The position numbers were made by a program, and so were the translations under genes. Below the pieces are notes generated by a model that saw only the letters and a list, made by a program, of their open reading frames with translations, had not been told where the DNA came from and did not search any database. A stretch of 31,455 bases of DNA from an uncultured Methanosarcinales archaeon. GTDB lineage: Archaea; Nanobdellota; Nanobdellia; Woesearchaeales; JAGVZT01. Location of the stretch: the NCBI GenBank assembly GCA_964419615.1, contig CAYQPU010000019.1:1-31455 (forward strand), written 5' to 3'. Below, piece after piece: positions 1-8,105 of this stretch (within the stretch, counting starts at the first letter, position 1; every line of letters begins with the position of its first letter).

Positions 1-55
1 CTTTATTTAACTAAGTGATATATAAACTTTTTGTTTTGTATGATGAAGTATGAAA

Positions 56-439
56 TCATATTCTTATAGTAAGGATTCTAACTTTATTCACAGAATCAAT
101 ATACCCCTCTGCCTGCTTTGTGTTCTTAACTTTATTTACTCTTGATTTAAGATCAGCAAAAAATTTAACAATTTTCTTTTCAACTTCATTTTTGTCTTTG
201 ATCCTAACCAAAGTTTTGTGACCTTTAATAACCTGACCATTAAACTCAAAAGATCTGTTCTTAATCATTTTCCTAATATCCTCAAAAATGCTTTGAGTTA
301 AATCTGGCTCATCAACAAAAACAGATTTATGAAACTTTCTATAATCTCCATCAAAAAAGGCAACTTCGAGTTCTACAGAGAAATCTTTGGGTGAGAATTT
401 AGAAACCTTAATGCTTTCAAGTTCAACATCAACTTTCAT
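56..439 (-). CDS. hypothetical protein (127 aa)
   Basis: Clean ORF, co-oriented with and just downstream of 479-727; no recognisable motif. Confidence 0.75.
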   Translation of the reverse strand: MKVDVELESIKVSKFSPKDFSVELEVAFFDGDYRKFHKSVFVDEPDLTQSIFEDIRKMIKNRSFEFNGQVIKGHKTLVRIKDKNEVEKKIVKFFADLKSRVNKVKNTKQAEGYIDSVNKVRILTIRI

Positions 440-478
440 TTGGTGTTATCCCGCTAACAAGTATAGTGATAGGGATTT

Positions 479-727
479 TTATTTTTTAAATATTTTTGAT
501 ATAAAAGATCTGTCTTCAATTGGTGTATCAGTATCTAGATTTGGTTCAGGAACATTCTTAGGTATTTTACTATAATAATCAATTGTGTTTAGAAACATAT
601 CAATTTCGTTAACCGCACCTTGTAATTCCTGCCTTTTTTCTGTAGAGACGCCATTCTTGCCTTTGAGCATACTCTCCATTTTGCGTTTTCTCTGCTCAAA
701 TATAGCATAAATGTCTGTTAGAACCAT
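479..727 (-). CDS. hypothetical protein (82 aa, helical/charged)
   Basis: ORF with a GGTGGAG SD-like motif just before the ATG and an AT-rich TATA-like tract about 35 nt upstream. Confidence 0.75.
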   Translation of the reverse strand: MVLTDIYAIFEQRKRKMESMLKGKNGVSTEKRQELQGAVNEIDMFLNTIDYYSKIPKNVPEPNLDTDTPIEDRSFISKIFKK

Positions 728-758
728 GTCTCCACCACAGATAAGTAAATATTGGAGC

Positions 759-766
759 TATATATA
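759..766. promoter_or_regulatory. TATATATA box, possibly bidirectional (gene 479-727 on -, RNA element A on +)
   Basis: TATATATA at 759-766, about 32 nt from the minus-strand ATG at 727 and about 35 nt before the P1 stem at 801. Confidence 0.45.
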
Positions 767-800
767 TTTTTCGGTTGATACCAAGTCAAGTTGTTGGCCA

Positions 801-946
801 TTAGTAGCTCCTCGGCCAACATTGTGAACAAGGCTTAAAACTTGGTAAGAACCAATTCGGAACTGTTTGTCTTTTGTTAACATGCTTTCTCAAGGAATTG
901 ATTATAATCTAACAAACAGCCGAGTGAACTGGCCCAGAGCTACTAA
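801..946 (+). ncRNA. candidate structured ncRNA, copy A (unassigned family)
   Basis: Closing stem TTAGTAGCTC(801-810)/GAGCTACTAA(937-946); GGCCA(814-818)/TGGCC(930-934); CTTGG(841-845)/CCGAG(920-924); CTGTTTGT(863-870)/ACAAACAG(912-919). Shares five conserved blocks with 3389-3536. Confidence 0.65.
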
Positions 947-996
947 CCACTCTTATTTACAATATATTTTTAAACAAAAACCATCTTGATTCATTC

Positions 997-1857
997 ATGA
1001 AAAAGGATTTAGTTGATCAAATATCTGTGTTCTTACTAAAACAAGGATTTACAGTTAAGATACTAAATGCAGGTAGTTTTGATATAATCGCAAGAAAAGA
1101 TCAGGTCTTCCTAATAAAAGCACTATCTGATGCAAACTCATTAGAAGATAACTGGGCACAAGGCATGAGGAAAATTGCTGGATACATAAATGGAGTTCCG
1201 TTAGTAATAGCAGATAAAGCTGGAGAACCGCTTGTTGACAATGTGGTTTACCTCAGATATGGAGTATATACAATTAATCTTCCAACTTTCAAAAGCTGCA
1301 TAAAAAAGAAACTGCCAATAATAAAAAGCACCAGAGCAGGGTACACAGCATGTGTATCTGGAAATGAACTTAGGAAAAAACGTGAGGAAGCAGGTTATTC
1401 AATTAACACTCTTGCCACCAAATTAGGCGTGAGTAAAAAAATGATCCAAAACTATGAAAAAGAGCAGTCAGAAATAACACTAAAAAAAGCTCTTAAGCTG
1501 TATGATATTTTTGGAGACCAAGTATTTGAACATATCAACATATTGGATGCATTTGAAACCAAATCAGATCCAAAATCAGAAATATCCAAAAAATACTATG
1601 AACTTGGATTCAAAGCAACAGACACAAAAAGAGCTCCATTTGATGTAATCGCTAAAAAAAACAATGACATAATCTTAACAGAAATTGGAGACAAAGCAAG
1701 TCCGGATTTATTACCTTGGGCAAGACTATTAGAAGTAAACAAATTAGTAATCTTTAGAAAAAAGAAACCAAAAGACATTCCATCTGTAACAAAACCAGAA
1801 TTCTTAGAACTAGAAAAAGCAAAAGAATTGATAAAGTTTGTAAAAGAGTTTGAGTAG
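997..1857 (+). CDS. conserved archaeal HTH transcriptional regulator (COG1395-like; PD-(D/E)xK-like domains flanking a Cro/XRE HTH)
   Basis: N-terminal FDIIARK...FLIK, central XRE HTH (LRKKREEAGYSINTLATKLGVSKKMIQNYE), second PFDVIAK module; TTTTTAAA box upstream. Confidence 0.85.
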   Translation: MKKDLVDQISVFLLKQGFTVKILNAGSFDIIARKDQVFLIKALSDANSLEDNWAQGMRKIAGYINGVPLVIADKAGEPLVDNVVYLRYGVYTINLPTFKSCIKKKLPIIKSTRAGYTACVSGNELRKKREEAGYSINTLATKLGVSKKMIQNYEKEQSEITLKKALKLYDIFGDQVFEHINILDAFETKSDPKSEISKKYYELGFKATDTKRAPFDVIAKKNNDIILTEIGDKASPDLLPWARLLEVNKLVIFRKKKPKDIPSVTKPEFLELEKAKELIKFVKEFE

Positions 1858-1897
1858 GAAGAATTAATGTATTCTTGTTTATCTATACTATTTGAAT

Positions 1898-2370
1898 TCA
1901 TGCAAAGAATATAATAGTAAGTAAAAGAAGTAAAAAAAACACTAATAACAAAATAATAATATAAATTTTCAATGGATCTGTTCTATCAATATTTCTTTCT
2001 TCTACCTTAAGTTTGGGTTCATTCAAATTCTTAGTTAGTGCATGTTGTAAAATAGTATTAACAAATGAAGGTAATATCATAAGTATGCAAAATATCAACA
2101 AAACACCCATTTTTTTAGAGATGAGATCCTCAAGTTGATCAAAAATAAACTGATCAAATAATTGGTATGAAAGTGTGTAAACCAAAAATGCTAGATATAA
2201 TAATCCTACTGATAATATACAAAAAAAAGAAACCATGACAACCTTTTTTTATTTTCTTTTTTTGCTTTAAGTCGTAAGAACCAAGAATTTCTATCAACAA
2301 TTAAAAACTGAATATATATTGTTATCCAGATTGTAATAAAAGTCAGAATAAGTTCTAGTAGATCTATCAT
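1898..2370 (-). pseudogene. membrane protein interrupted by an apparent 1-nt frameshift in an A8 tract (2221-2228)
   Basis: ATG at 2370 reads MIDLLELILTFITIWITIYIQFLIVDRNSWFLRLKAKKENKKRLSWFLFF then stops early. One extra T in the T8 run joins it to ORF 1898-2236 (CILSVGLLYLAF...), giving a ~157-aa multi-TM protein. Confidence 0.6.
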
Positions 2371-2421
2371 TTTCAATGTACAATTCTTTGAGCTATCATC
2401 TTACATTTGGAGTACACAAGA

Positions 2422-2745
2422 TTAGTACAATATTTTATCCAAATCCCTTTTTGCAGAATATAATCCTCCATCAGAATGTCCCATTAATTCATCGACATCA
2501 TAAACTTGTAAGCTAATTGGAATTCTTGGATTTAATTTTGGATGATCATTTTCAATACTACCACCACCTTTCTCCATCTTTTTAGTTCCAATGGGGTAAG
2601 GTACCCAATCAGGCAGATTGATAATCTTTTTATGATCTAATATTGATAATGTGGTTAGAATACCAATTATTCCATTCGTCGCTAAAGTAGCTATTGACCA
2701 GGCATTTATGTAGTCATCAATGAATTTTGGGTTAAATCCTTCCAT
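2422..2745 (-). CDS. hypothetical protein (107 aa)
   Basis: ORF with a TATA-like tract about 30 nt upstream; no motif recognised. Confidence 0.6.
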   Translation of the reverse strand: MEGFNPKFIDDYINAWSIATLATNGIIGILTTLSILDHKKIINLPDWVPYPIGTKKMEKGGGSIENDHPKLNPRIPISLQVYDVDELMGHSDGGLYSAKRDLDKILY

Positions 2746-2791
2746 ATGTTGTTAAATGGTTTACGGATATTTAATACTTATGCAAAAATGA

Positions 2792-3331
2792 TTAGAATAG
2801 ATCTGTAAACTTTAAACTAGCCAAACTTAAGATTCCAACAGTATCAGAACCATTAATCTCTCCAGACTTAATCCTATCATTTAATTCGCTGACAGGTACT
2901 AAAACAACCTCAATATCCTCTGTTAAATCAAGCTCTTGCTCTGCATTAAATTCAACATCACTTGCCAAAAAACCATAACAAATAGCAGTATCTTTAGATG
3001 GAACAGGAGCAAGGTTTCCAACAGGAATTAAATCATCAACCATGATCCCTGTCTCCTCTTTTAATTCACGAATAGCAGCAGCTTTTGGATCTTGGCCATC
3101 AGTTCGTCCTGCCGGAAGTTCAACTGTAATCTTACCAATTCCGTGTTTATATTGTTTAACAAAAACAACTTCCTTTTTCTTTGTAATAGCAATTACCATA
3201 GCAATATCACCTAGCTTTGAGATGTAATAATCTCCAATAGTTCCATTAGGTAGCTTTACCTTATGAACAAAAAGAGGAAACCATTTACTAGGAGAAATAT
3301 CTTTTTCTTCTAACACTTCCCAACTTTCCAT
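2792..3331 (-). CDS. NUDIX hydrolase, ADP-ribose pyrophosphatase-like
   Basis: Nudix box ELPAG...AAAIRELKEETG, VFVKQYKHG and E.IEV motifs typical of NudF/ADPRase. Confidence 0.9.
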   Translation of the reverse strand: MESWEVLEEKDISPSKWFPLFVHKVKLPNGTIGDYYISKLGDIAMVIAITKKKEVVFVKQYKHGIGKITVELPAGRTDGQDPKAAAIRELKEETGIMVDDLIPVGNLAPVPSKDTAICYGFLASDVEFNAEQELDLTEDIEVVLVPVSELNDRIKSGEINGSDTVGILSLASLKFTDLF

Positions 3332-3388
3332 ATCTAGGTCTGATTTCCTTGAAATTAATAAATCTATTGTTCATTATGCTTAAATTAT

Positions 3389-3536
3389 GTTAACCTGTGC
3401 AGGCCGGTTCCCTCAGCTGTTTGTTAGAGTTGATAGGTGCATAATCCTAACTTGTTTTGCAGATAACAAACAGTTCCTTTCTGCACTTATCATGTACCAA
3501 GCTTCGCTCACATAATCTGGCCAAGCTCAAGTTAAC
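3389..3536 (-). ncRNA. candidate structured ncRNA, copy B (unassigned family)
   Basis: On the minus strand: closing stem GUUAACUUGAGC/GCACAGGUUAAC (11 of 12 pairs, including one U.G), GGCC/GGCC, CUUGG/CUGAG, CUGUUUGUUA/UAACAAACAG. 24/27, 12/12 and 7/7 identity blocks with copy A. Begins 10 nt after the stop of 3546-4100. Confidence 0.65.
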
Positions 3537-3545
3537 TAAATCTAA

Positions 3546-4100
3546 TCACTCTGTGTCATATGTTGCTCTAACAACTCTAGCAAATTCATTCAATCCTTCT
3601 TGTGTGTCAATATGGTAGCTTGATACAACAGATTTATCAACAACACCATCAAGTCTAGGTGCAAACCTATATTCATCATTTTCCTCTAAAAAACCTGACT
3701 CCACAAAACGGTTAAATTGATCTTGCTGCTCTCCATCTGGATCAACAATTATCTTTTTTCCATCAACATCATAATGATCAGCCCACTCAGCAGGAGGAGG
3801 ACAACCACAATGACCAGCAACCCTGATAACCTTTCCATAAGTTTCTGGTTCTCTATCTCCCTTAACTGGGTAAGCTTTATTATGCATCTCATCAGCAACT
3901 TTCACATCCAATCCATCTTCTCCAGCAGAAGCAACCCAGTAGTACCAAGCTCTTGATATAGTCCAAGGTCCAATCTTACCTCTAATTGAATATGGTACTT
4001 CTCCTGAGCTTTGCTCACCTTGTACTGCCTCAATTCCAGCCCAGTCCAATTCTCTTGTAATATATGTGTCAGCCTCTTTAACTCCAGCTAAATTTCTCAT
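3546..4100 (-). CDS. conserved-looking hypothetical protein with RAWYYW, RVAGHCGCPPP and YHIDTQEGL motifs (184 aa)
   Basis: ORF 3546-4127; GGAGG SD precedes the ATG at 4100 (MRNLAG), so the start was moved. The His/Cys motifs suggest metal binding (inference). Confidence 0.8.
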   Translation of the reverse strand: MRNLAGVKEADTYITRELDWAGIEAVQGEQSSGEVPYSIRGKIGPWTISRAWYYWVASAGEDGLDVKVADEMHNKAYPVKGDREPETYGKVIRVAGHCGCPPPAEWADHYDVDGKKIIVDPDGEQQDQFNRFVESGFLEENDEYRFAPRLDGVVDKSVVSSYHIDTQEGLNEFARVVRATYDTE

Positions 4101-4236
4101 TTCTTTCCTCCAAGATGTGTTTTTCATCTTACTTAGTAGGAATAGTTGTATTTAGCTAATACATTTCTAGCAATATTTTGTCTACATAGTTGTACTTTTC
4201 AAAAGATTTATATATAAAATTGCAGATCATATATTT

Positions 4237-5091
4237 ATGGTCATGGATAAGAAAACAGAAGAAAAAATCAAATCAGTAGTCTATCAAAGGCCTAGAAACA
4301 TAAATGAAATAGCTCTCATAATCGGGAAAAACTGGAGAACAGCGGATAGATATGTTGAGCAAATAATGCAAAGAACAGGCTATGTGAAAACAATTACGTT
4401 CAGAGAAGGAACAAGAGGCGCTCTAAAAATAGTATACTGGAACAATGTTGAAAAAATATACTCAACAGATGTTCAAGAAGAACTATTCAAAAGCATTGAA
4501 CTTGGAGTAGAAAAATCTGATTTTTCACCATTTGAAATCTACCAATATGTGGATCCTAACAAAAGAAAAGCTTACTATTAAAAAATCAAAGCAGAACAAG
4601 ATTACAACTATCATGTGCAATCACTAGCACCATACTTTGAGTCAGCTGAAAAAGAAATTAGTATCTTTGCTGGCAACTTATCATTCATACATTTAAAACA
4701 CAATAAGAAAACTATCTTTGATCATATAAAAAAATGTGTTAATAAAAAAATTCACATAAAAATAATCACTGACATCAACCTTGTTGATCTAGATAATATA
4801 GAAAAATGTCTCTCTATAAATGCTGGACTAAAAGAACCCTTACTCAAAATAAGGCACGGAATCACACCACTAAGGGCATACATCTTTGATAACACAATTG
4901 TCAAGCTTGGAGAAATCATGGCAGAATTTAGAAAGCAAGGTCAGATCAAAGAAATAATAGCTGTATATTATGAAATTAGAGAAGAAGCTTGGATTGAGTG
5001 GGTGCAAAAACTCTTCTGGAAAAAATTCCAAAACTCAATACCTTCAAGAAAAAGAATAGATGATTTAAGGACAATATCTAAACTTGGGTAG
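4237..5091 (+). pseudogene. wHTH + TrmB/PLD-like effector-domain regulator split by a single in-frame TAA (4579-4581)
   Basis: ORFs 4237-4581 and 4615-5091 are in the same frame. Read-through gives ...KAYY*KIKAEQDYNYHVQSLAPYF..., an N-terminal HTH (RNINEIALIIGKNWRTADRYV) plus a SAEKEISIFAGNLS/RAYIFD domain. TTTATATA at 4207-4214. Confidence 0.7.
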
Positions 5092-5171
5092 AATAAAAGA
5101 AGATCCTGATTATAAGAAAAAATCTTTGATTAAGTATATTAATACTAATCAATTACATTAATAACAAGAAA

Positions 5172-5618
5172 ATGGGATTTGACTTTGGATATCATATTAA
5201 AAGTATAGCTGTTGGCACTTTAATATATGCAACAATTTTTGGATTAACTATGCTTGGCTTAAGGGCTTGTAATGCTGAAGCTAATACTGGGAGTATAAAT
5301 CACCCAGGCCATCAAACAATATCTTACCCAATCAACACCACAGGGCATGTTGATTATACTAGATTTAGTGATGGAAGTCAGGAAATTTATATCCATCCCA
5401 ATAAAGGAATTCTAGGTTATGCTTTCAAACTGATACAAGATACTAATGGAGATTGTCTTGCAGACAGAATCAGAAAACAAAATCCTTTATGGAAACTTGA
5501 CAGTCTTCAAGAGATTTTGATAAGAGATCAGGATTTAGGATTACATCAGGAAGATTTTGATGAAGCAGATGAACTACTCCAAGAATTAGGACAAGAGTAT
5601 TTTGGAGTATGTTATTAA
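5172..5618 (+). CDS. hypothetical protein with N-terminal membrane anchor/signal
   Basis: Hydrophobic N-terminus (IAVGTLIYATIFGLTMLGL); its stop overlaps the convergent gene's stop in a TTAA palindrome. Confidence 0.7.
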   Translation: MGFDFGYHIKSIAVGTLIYATIFGLTMLGLRACNAEANTGSINHPGHQTISYPINTTGHVDYTRFSDGSQEIYIHPNKGILGYAFKLIQDTNGDCLADRIRKQNPLWKLDSLQEILIRDQDLGLHQEDFDEADELLQELGQEYFGVCY

Positions 5619-6895
5619 TCAATTCTTTTTCCTATTAAGTAAAAAGGTGTAACTTCTTCTATTTTTATTTTGATTAACTTTCCCATCATAGATTCATCAC
5701 CTTCAACAACCACTTGTTTGTATGCAAAATTCCTACCAATAACTGTCCCTTTTTTTCCAATCTCATCAATTATAATCTCACCTTGCCAGTCAATCCATTT
5801 TTTGTTATTTTCCAAGGCTATATCCCAAAACAACTTTGTGATTAAATTTGATCTTTCTTTAACCAAAATTTTGTCTACGTGATCATTCATATTCTGTGCA
5901 GCAGTACCTGGCCTTGCACCAAACCTAGAAATATTAAGGTGATCTGGTTTAATTTCGTTAATCAAATCAAGTGTATCTTCAAACTGTTCATAAGTCTCAG
6001 AGGGAAAACCACAAATAACATCTGTGCTTATTGTAATCTTAGGAATAGTTTTTCTAAACTCATTAACAATCTTCATAAATTCATTTACAGAGTATTTTCT
6101 ATTCATCTTTGTTAAAATATCATTATTACCTGATTGAACTGGGATGTGAATAAACTTGAATAACTTGTCTGATTTGAAAACCTCAATTAATTCATCAAGC
6201 ATAGGTAAGATGTTGTTTGGATTCATCATCCCAACTCTAACAAAAAACTCTCCTGGAATACTCACAATCTTCCTAAGCAAACTTGGAAGTTGTGAAATAT
6301 CATTATTCTCAAGGCCATAAGCTCCATTATCCTGAGAAGTAATCCAAATCTCTTTACACCCTTTATCAACTGCATTTTTAACTTCATTAACAATTTCATG
6401 TTTTGGAAAAAAAAACAATGTTGGCTTTACATGTTTAACAATACAGTATGAACAATTTCCATTACAACCTTCAAGAATCTGAATAATATCAATCACTTTA
6501 TTCTTGTTTAATTTTGGCAAACTAACTTTTATTGCACTCTCTTTGTTAGTATAATTAACAAATTTACCCTTGACTGTTAAATTAACAACCTCAACAATAT
6601 CCTCAATATTATGTGGGCCAATGGCACTCACTTCTGCAGGTAGTTTTAAAACCTGGGGCATGCACCCAGCAACAATTATTTTTTTATTAGGAAATTCACT
6701 TTTGTATTTTCTAACTAGATGATTCATCTTATTATGTGTTGGCTCCTTTACAATACAAGTATTTACAATAATCACATCAGCATTCTCAACAGTATCAACC
6801 AAAATAAAATCTGCTTTTTCCAAGAGACCTGCCATTATCTCAGAATCATTTTGGTTTGCTGAGCAGCCGTATGTGTCAATATAGACTTTAATCAT
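5615..6895 (-). CDS. mtaB: tRNA t6A37 methylthiotransferase, archaeal MiaB-like (e-MtaB/CDKAL1 family) radical SAM enzyme
   Basis: UPF0004 N-domain (TYGCSANQNDSE, NTCIVK, AGCMPQ), CxxxCxxC (CNGNCSYC), RVGMMNP, HIPVQSG, TDVICGFP, C-terminal TRAM domain. Confidence 0.9.
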   Translation of the reverse strand: MIKVYIDTYGCSANQNDSEIMAGLLEKADFILVDTVENADVIIVNTCIVKEPTHNKMNHLVRKYKSEFPNKKIIVAGCMPQVLKLPAEVSAIGPHNIEDIVEVVNLTVKGKFVNYTNKESAIKVSLPKLNKNKVIDIIQILEGCNGNCSYCIVKHVKPTLFFFPKHEIVNEVKNAVDKGCKEIWITSQDNGAYGLENNDISQLPSLLRKIVSIPGEFFVRVGMMNPNNILPMLDELIEVFKSDKLFKFIHIPVQSGNNDILTKMNRKYSVNEFMKIVNEFRKTIPKITISTDVICGFPSETYEQFEDTLDLINEIKPDHLNISRFGARPGTAAQNMNDHVDKILVKERSNLITKLFWDIALENNKKWIDWQGEIIIDEIGKKGTVIGRNFAYKQVVVEGDESMMGKLIKIKIEEVTPFYLIGKRID

Positions 6896-7008
6896 GTTTA
6901 ATGTTAACTTACGCTCCTTTAAAAGGATTGTTGTGGGATTGAATTAATCACTTCAGAGTGATCAAAAAATCGAAAGATTTAAAAATGTAAACTTCTTTAT
7001 GTTGTGTT

Positions 7009-7299
7009 ATGGCAGTAGATGACCAAGATCTTAAACGAGTACTTGAGTTATTAGAAGCCGGAGGAACTTGTGATTATCAACCAGTTCAAGGAGGAGTTTT
7101 GGTGTTTGATTCTGAAAAAAAAGCATATGAGGGTGTTGACATTGAAACCTTTATTGCACTTACAGAAAAAGATCTAATAAGTCAGAATAAAACTCTTAAT
7201 CAATGGCATCCTGTTTGGCGTCCTTCTTTTCAGAATCCAATTTATATATATGAAATATCTGATACGGGTAAAGCATATCTAGGAACTCCTTCCCAATAG
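7009..7299 (+). CDS. hypothetical protein (96 aa)
   Basis: ORF with TTTAAAAA about 30 nt upstream; C-terminal YEISDTGKAYL resembles a winged-helix wing (weak). Confidence 0.7.
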   Translation: MAVDDQDLKRVLELLEAGGTCDYQPVQGGVLVFDSEKKAYEGVDIETFIALTEKDLISQNKTLNQWHPVWRPSFQNPIYIYEISDTGKAYLGTPSQ

Positions 7300-7331
7300 A
7301 TTTATATTTCTTACTGCATTCTTTAAAGAAT

Positions 7332-8033
7332 ATGACAACCACAAAACCAGTCTTATCTGTTAATGAAACTAAAGATTTTTTAATGGAACATATTATATCA
7401 GAAGGTAGTGTGAATCGTAATGATCTTATAAATCTATATTTTAATCGTGGTGGACTACACCTCGGATCAGAAACTGTTACTGATTGGGTTGAAGATCTTG
7501 AAATGAAAGGGATTTTGTACCGTGATTACTCTGATGAAGCAATACAAAAAATTAAACCAGTTGGTGTTAGAATTCACCCTTATGCAGATAACTTATTTGA
7601 GGTGTTTTCAGATTCAGATCTTACTCATGCATTACTTAGAACAGCAGATGATCCATATAATGCAGTTGATTGGTTTGATTCAATCTTTCCAGGACCTGCA
7701 ATGGGAGCATATGCTATCTCAGCTGATGGAAGTTTTGCCAGAAGCCATGCATCAATTGATCCAGAAGAGAGTTTACCAATCCCGTATGTAGCAAAAACTT
7801 TAGAAATACCTGGGAATCCAAATGATAAAGGTGAAGATCCCTTTGAATGCTTTGTTAATCTAATTCACAGATTACATGAAGACACTGATAAAATTCAAAT
7901 GGTAATGTCAGAAAGAACTCTAGATCTAGTAAAAGAATTTGCTCATAGAAAAAATGATGGAGCAAGAGAAGTTTATGATCACATGGGATTTTTCATACTA
8001 AAAACAGACCTGGATTTTTATAGGGTTGCTTGA
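7332..8033 (+). CDS. hypothetical protein (233 aa), possible N-terminal winged helix
   Basis: Long ORF with own TATA (TTTATATT); SVNRNDLINLYF...VTDWVEDLEMKGIL looks wHTH-like (weak). Confidence 0.75.
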   Translation: MTTTKPVLSVNETKDFLMEHIISEGSVNRNDLINLYFNRGGLHLGSETVTDWVEDLEMKGILYRDYSDEAIQKIKPVGVRIHPYADNLFEVFSDSDLTHALLRTADDPYNAVDWFDSIFPGPAMGAYAISADGSFARSHASIDPEESLPIPYVAKTLEIPGNPNDKGEDPFECFVNLIHRLHEDTDKIQMVMSERTLDLVKEFAHRKNDGAREVYDHMGFFILKTDLDFYRVA

Positions 8034-8105
8034 TTCTTTTTTACTTATTTTTCACTACATTTAAATAGCAATATTGGTTCCTTTTTTAGATTAACGCTGT
8101 TAAAA

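Noticed and set aside
801-946. RNA element as RNase P, SRP, HDV-like ribozyme, SAM-I riboswitch or retron msr-msd
   Set aside because: Partial look-alikes (ACAAGGCUUA, CUCCUCG, GAACUGGCCC) are not conserved in copy B or are in the wrong order. There is no GAGGAAAGUCC, no SRP helix-8 motif and no reverse transcriptase nearby.
801-3536. The two copies as terminal inverted repeats of a transposon enclosing 947-3388
   Set aside because: The outermost sequences differ between copies, no target-site duplication or transposase is visible, and the enclosed genes include a conserved archaeal regulator.
4579-4581. Genome-wide TAA stop-codon reassignment
   Set aside because: Many intact genes in the window end in TAA; this is a single local lesion.
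5615-5618. Convergent stops sharing a TTAA palindrome
   Set aside because: Common consequence of genome compaction in AT-rich DNA; no further signal.
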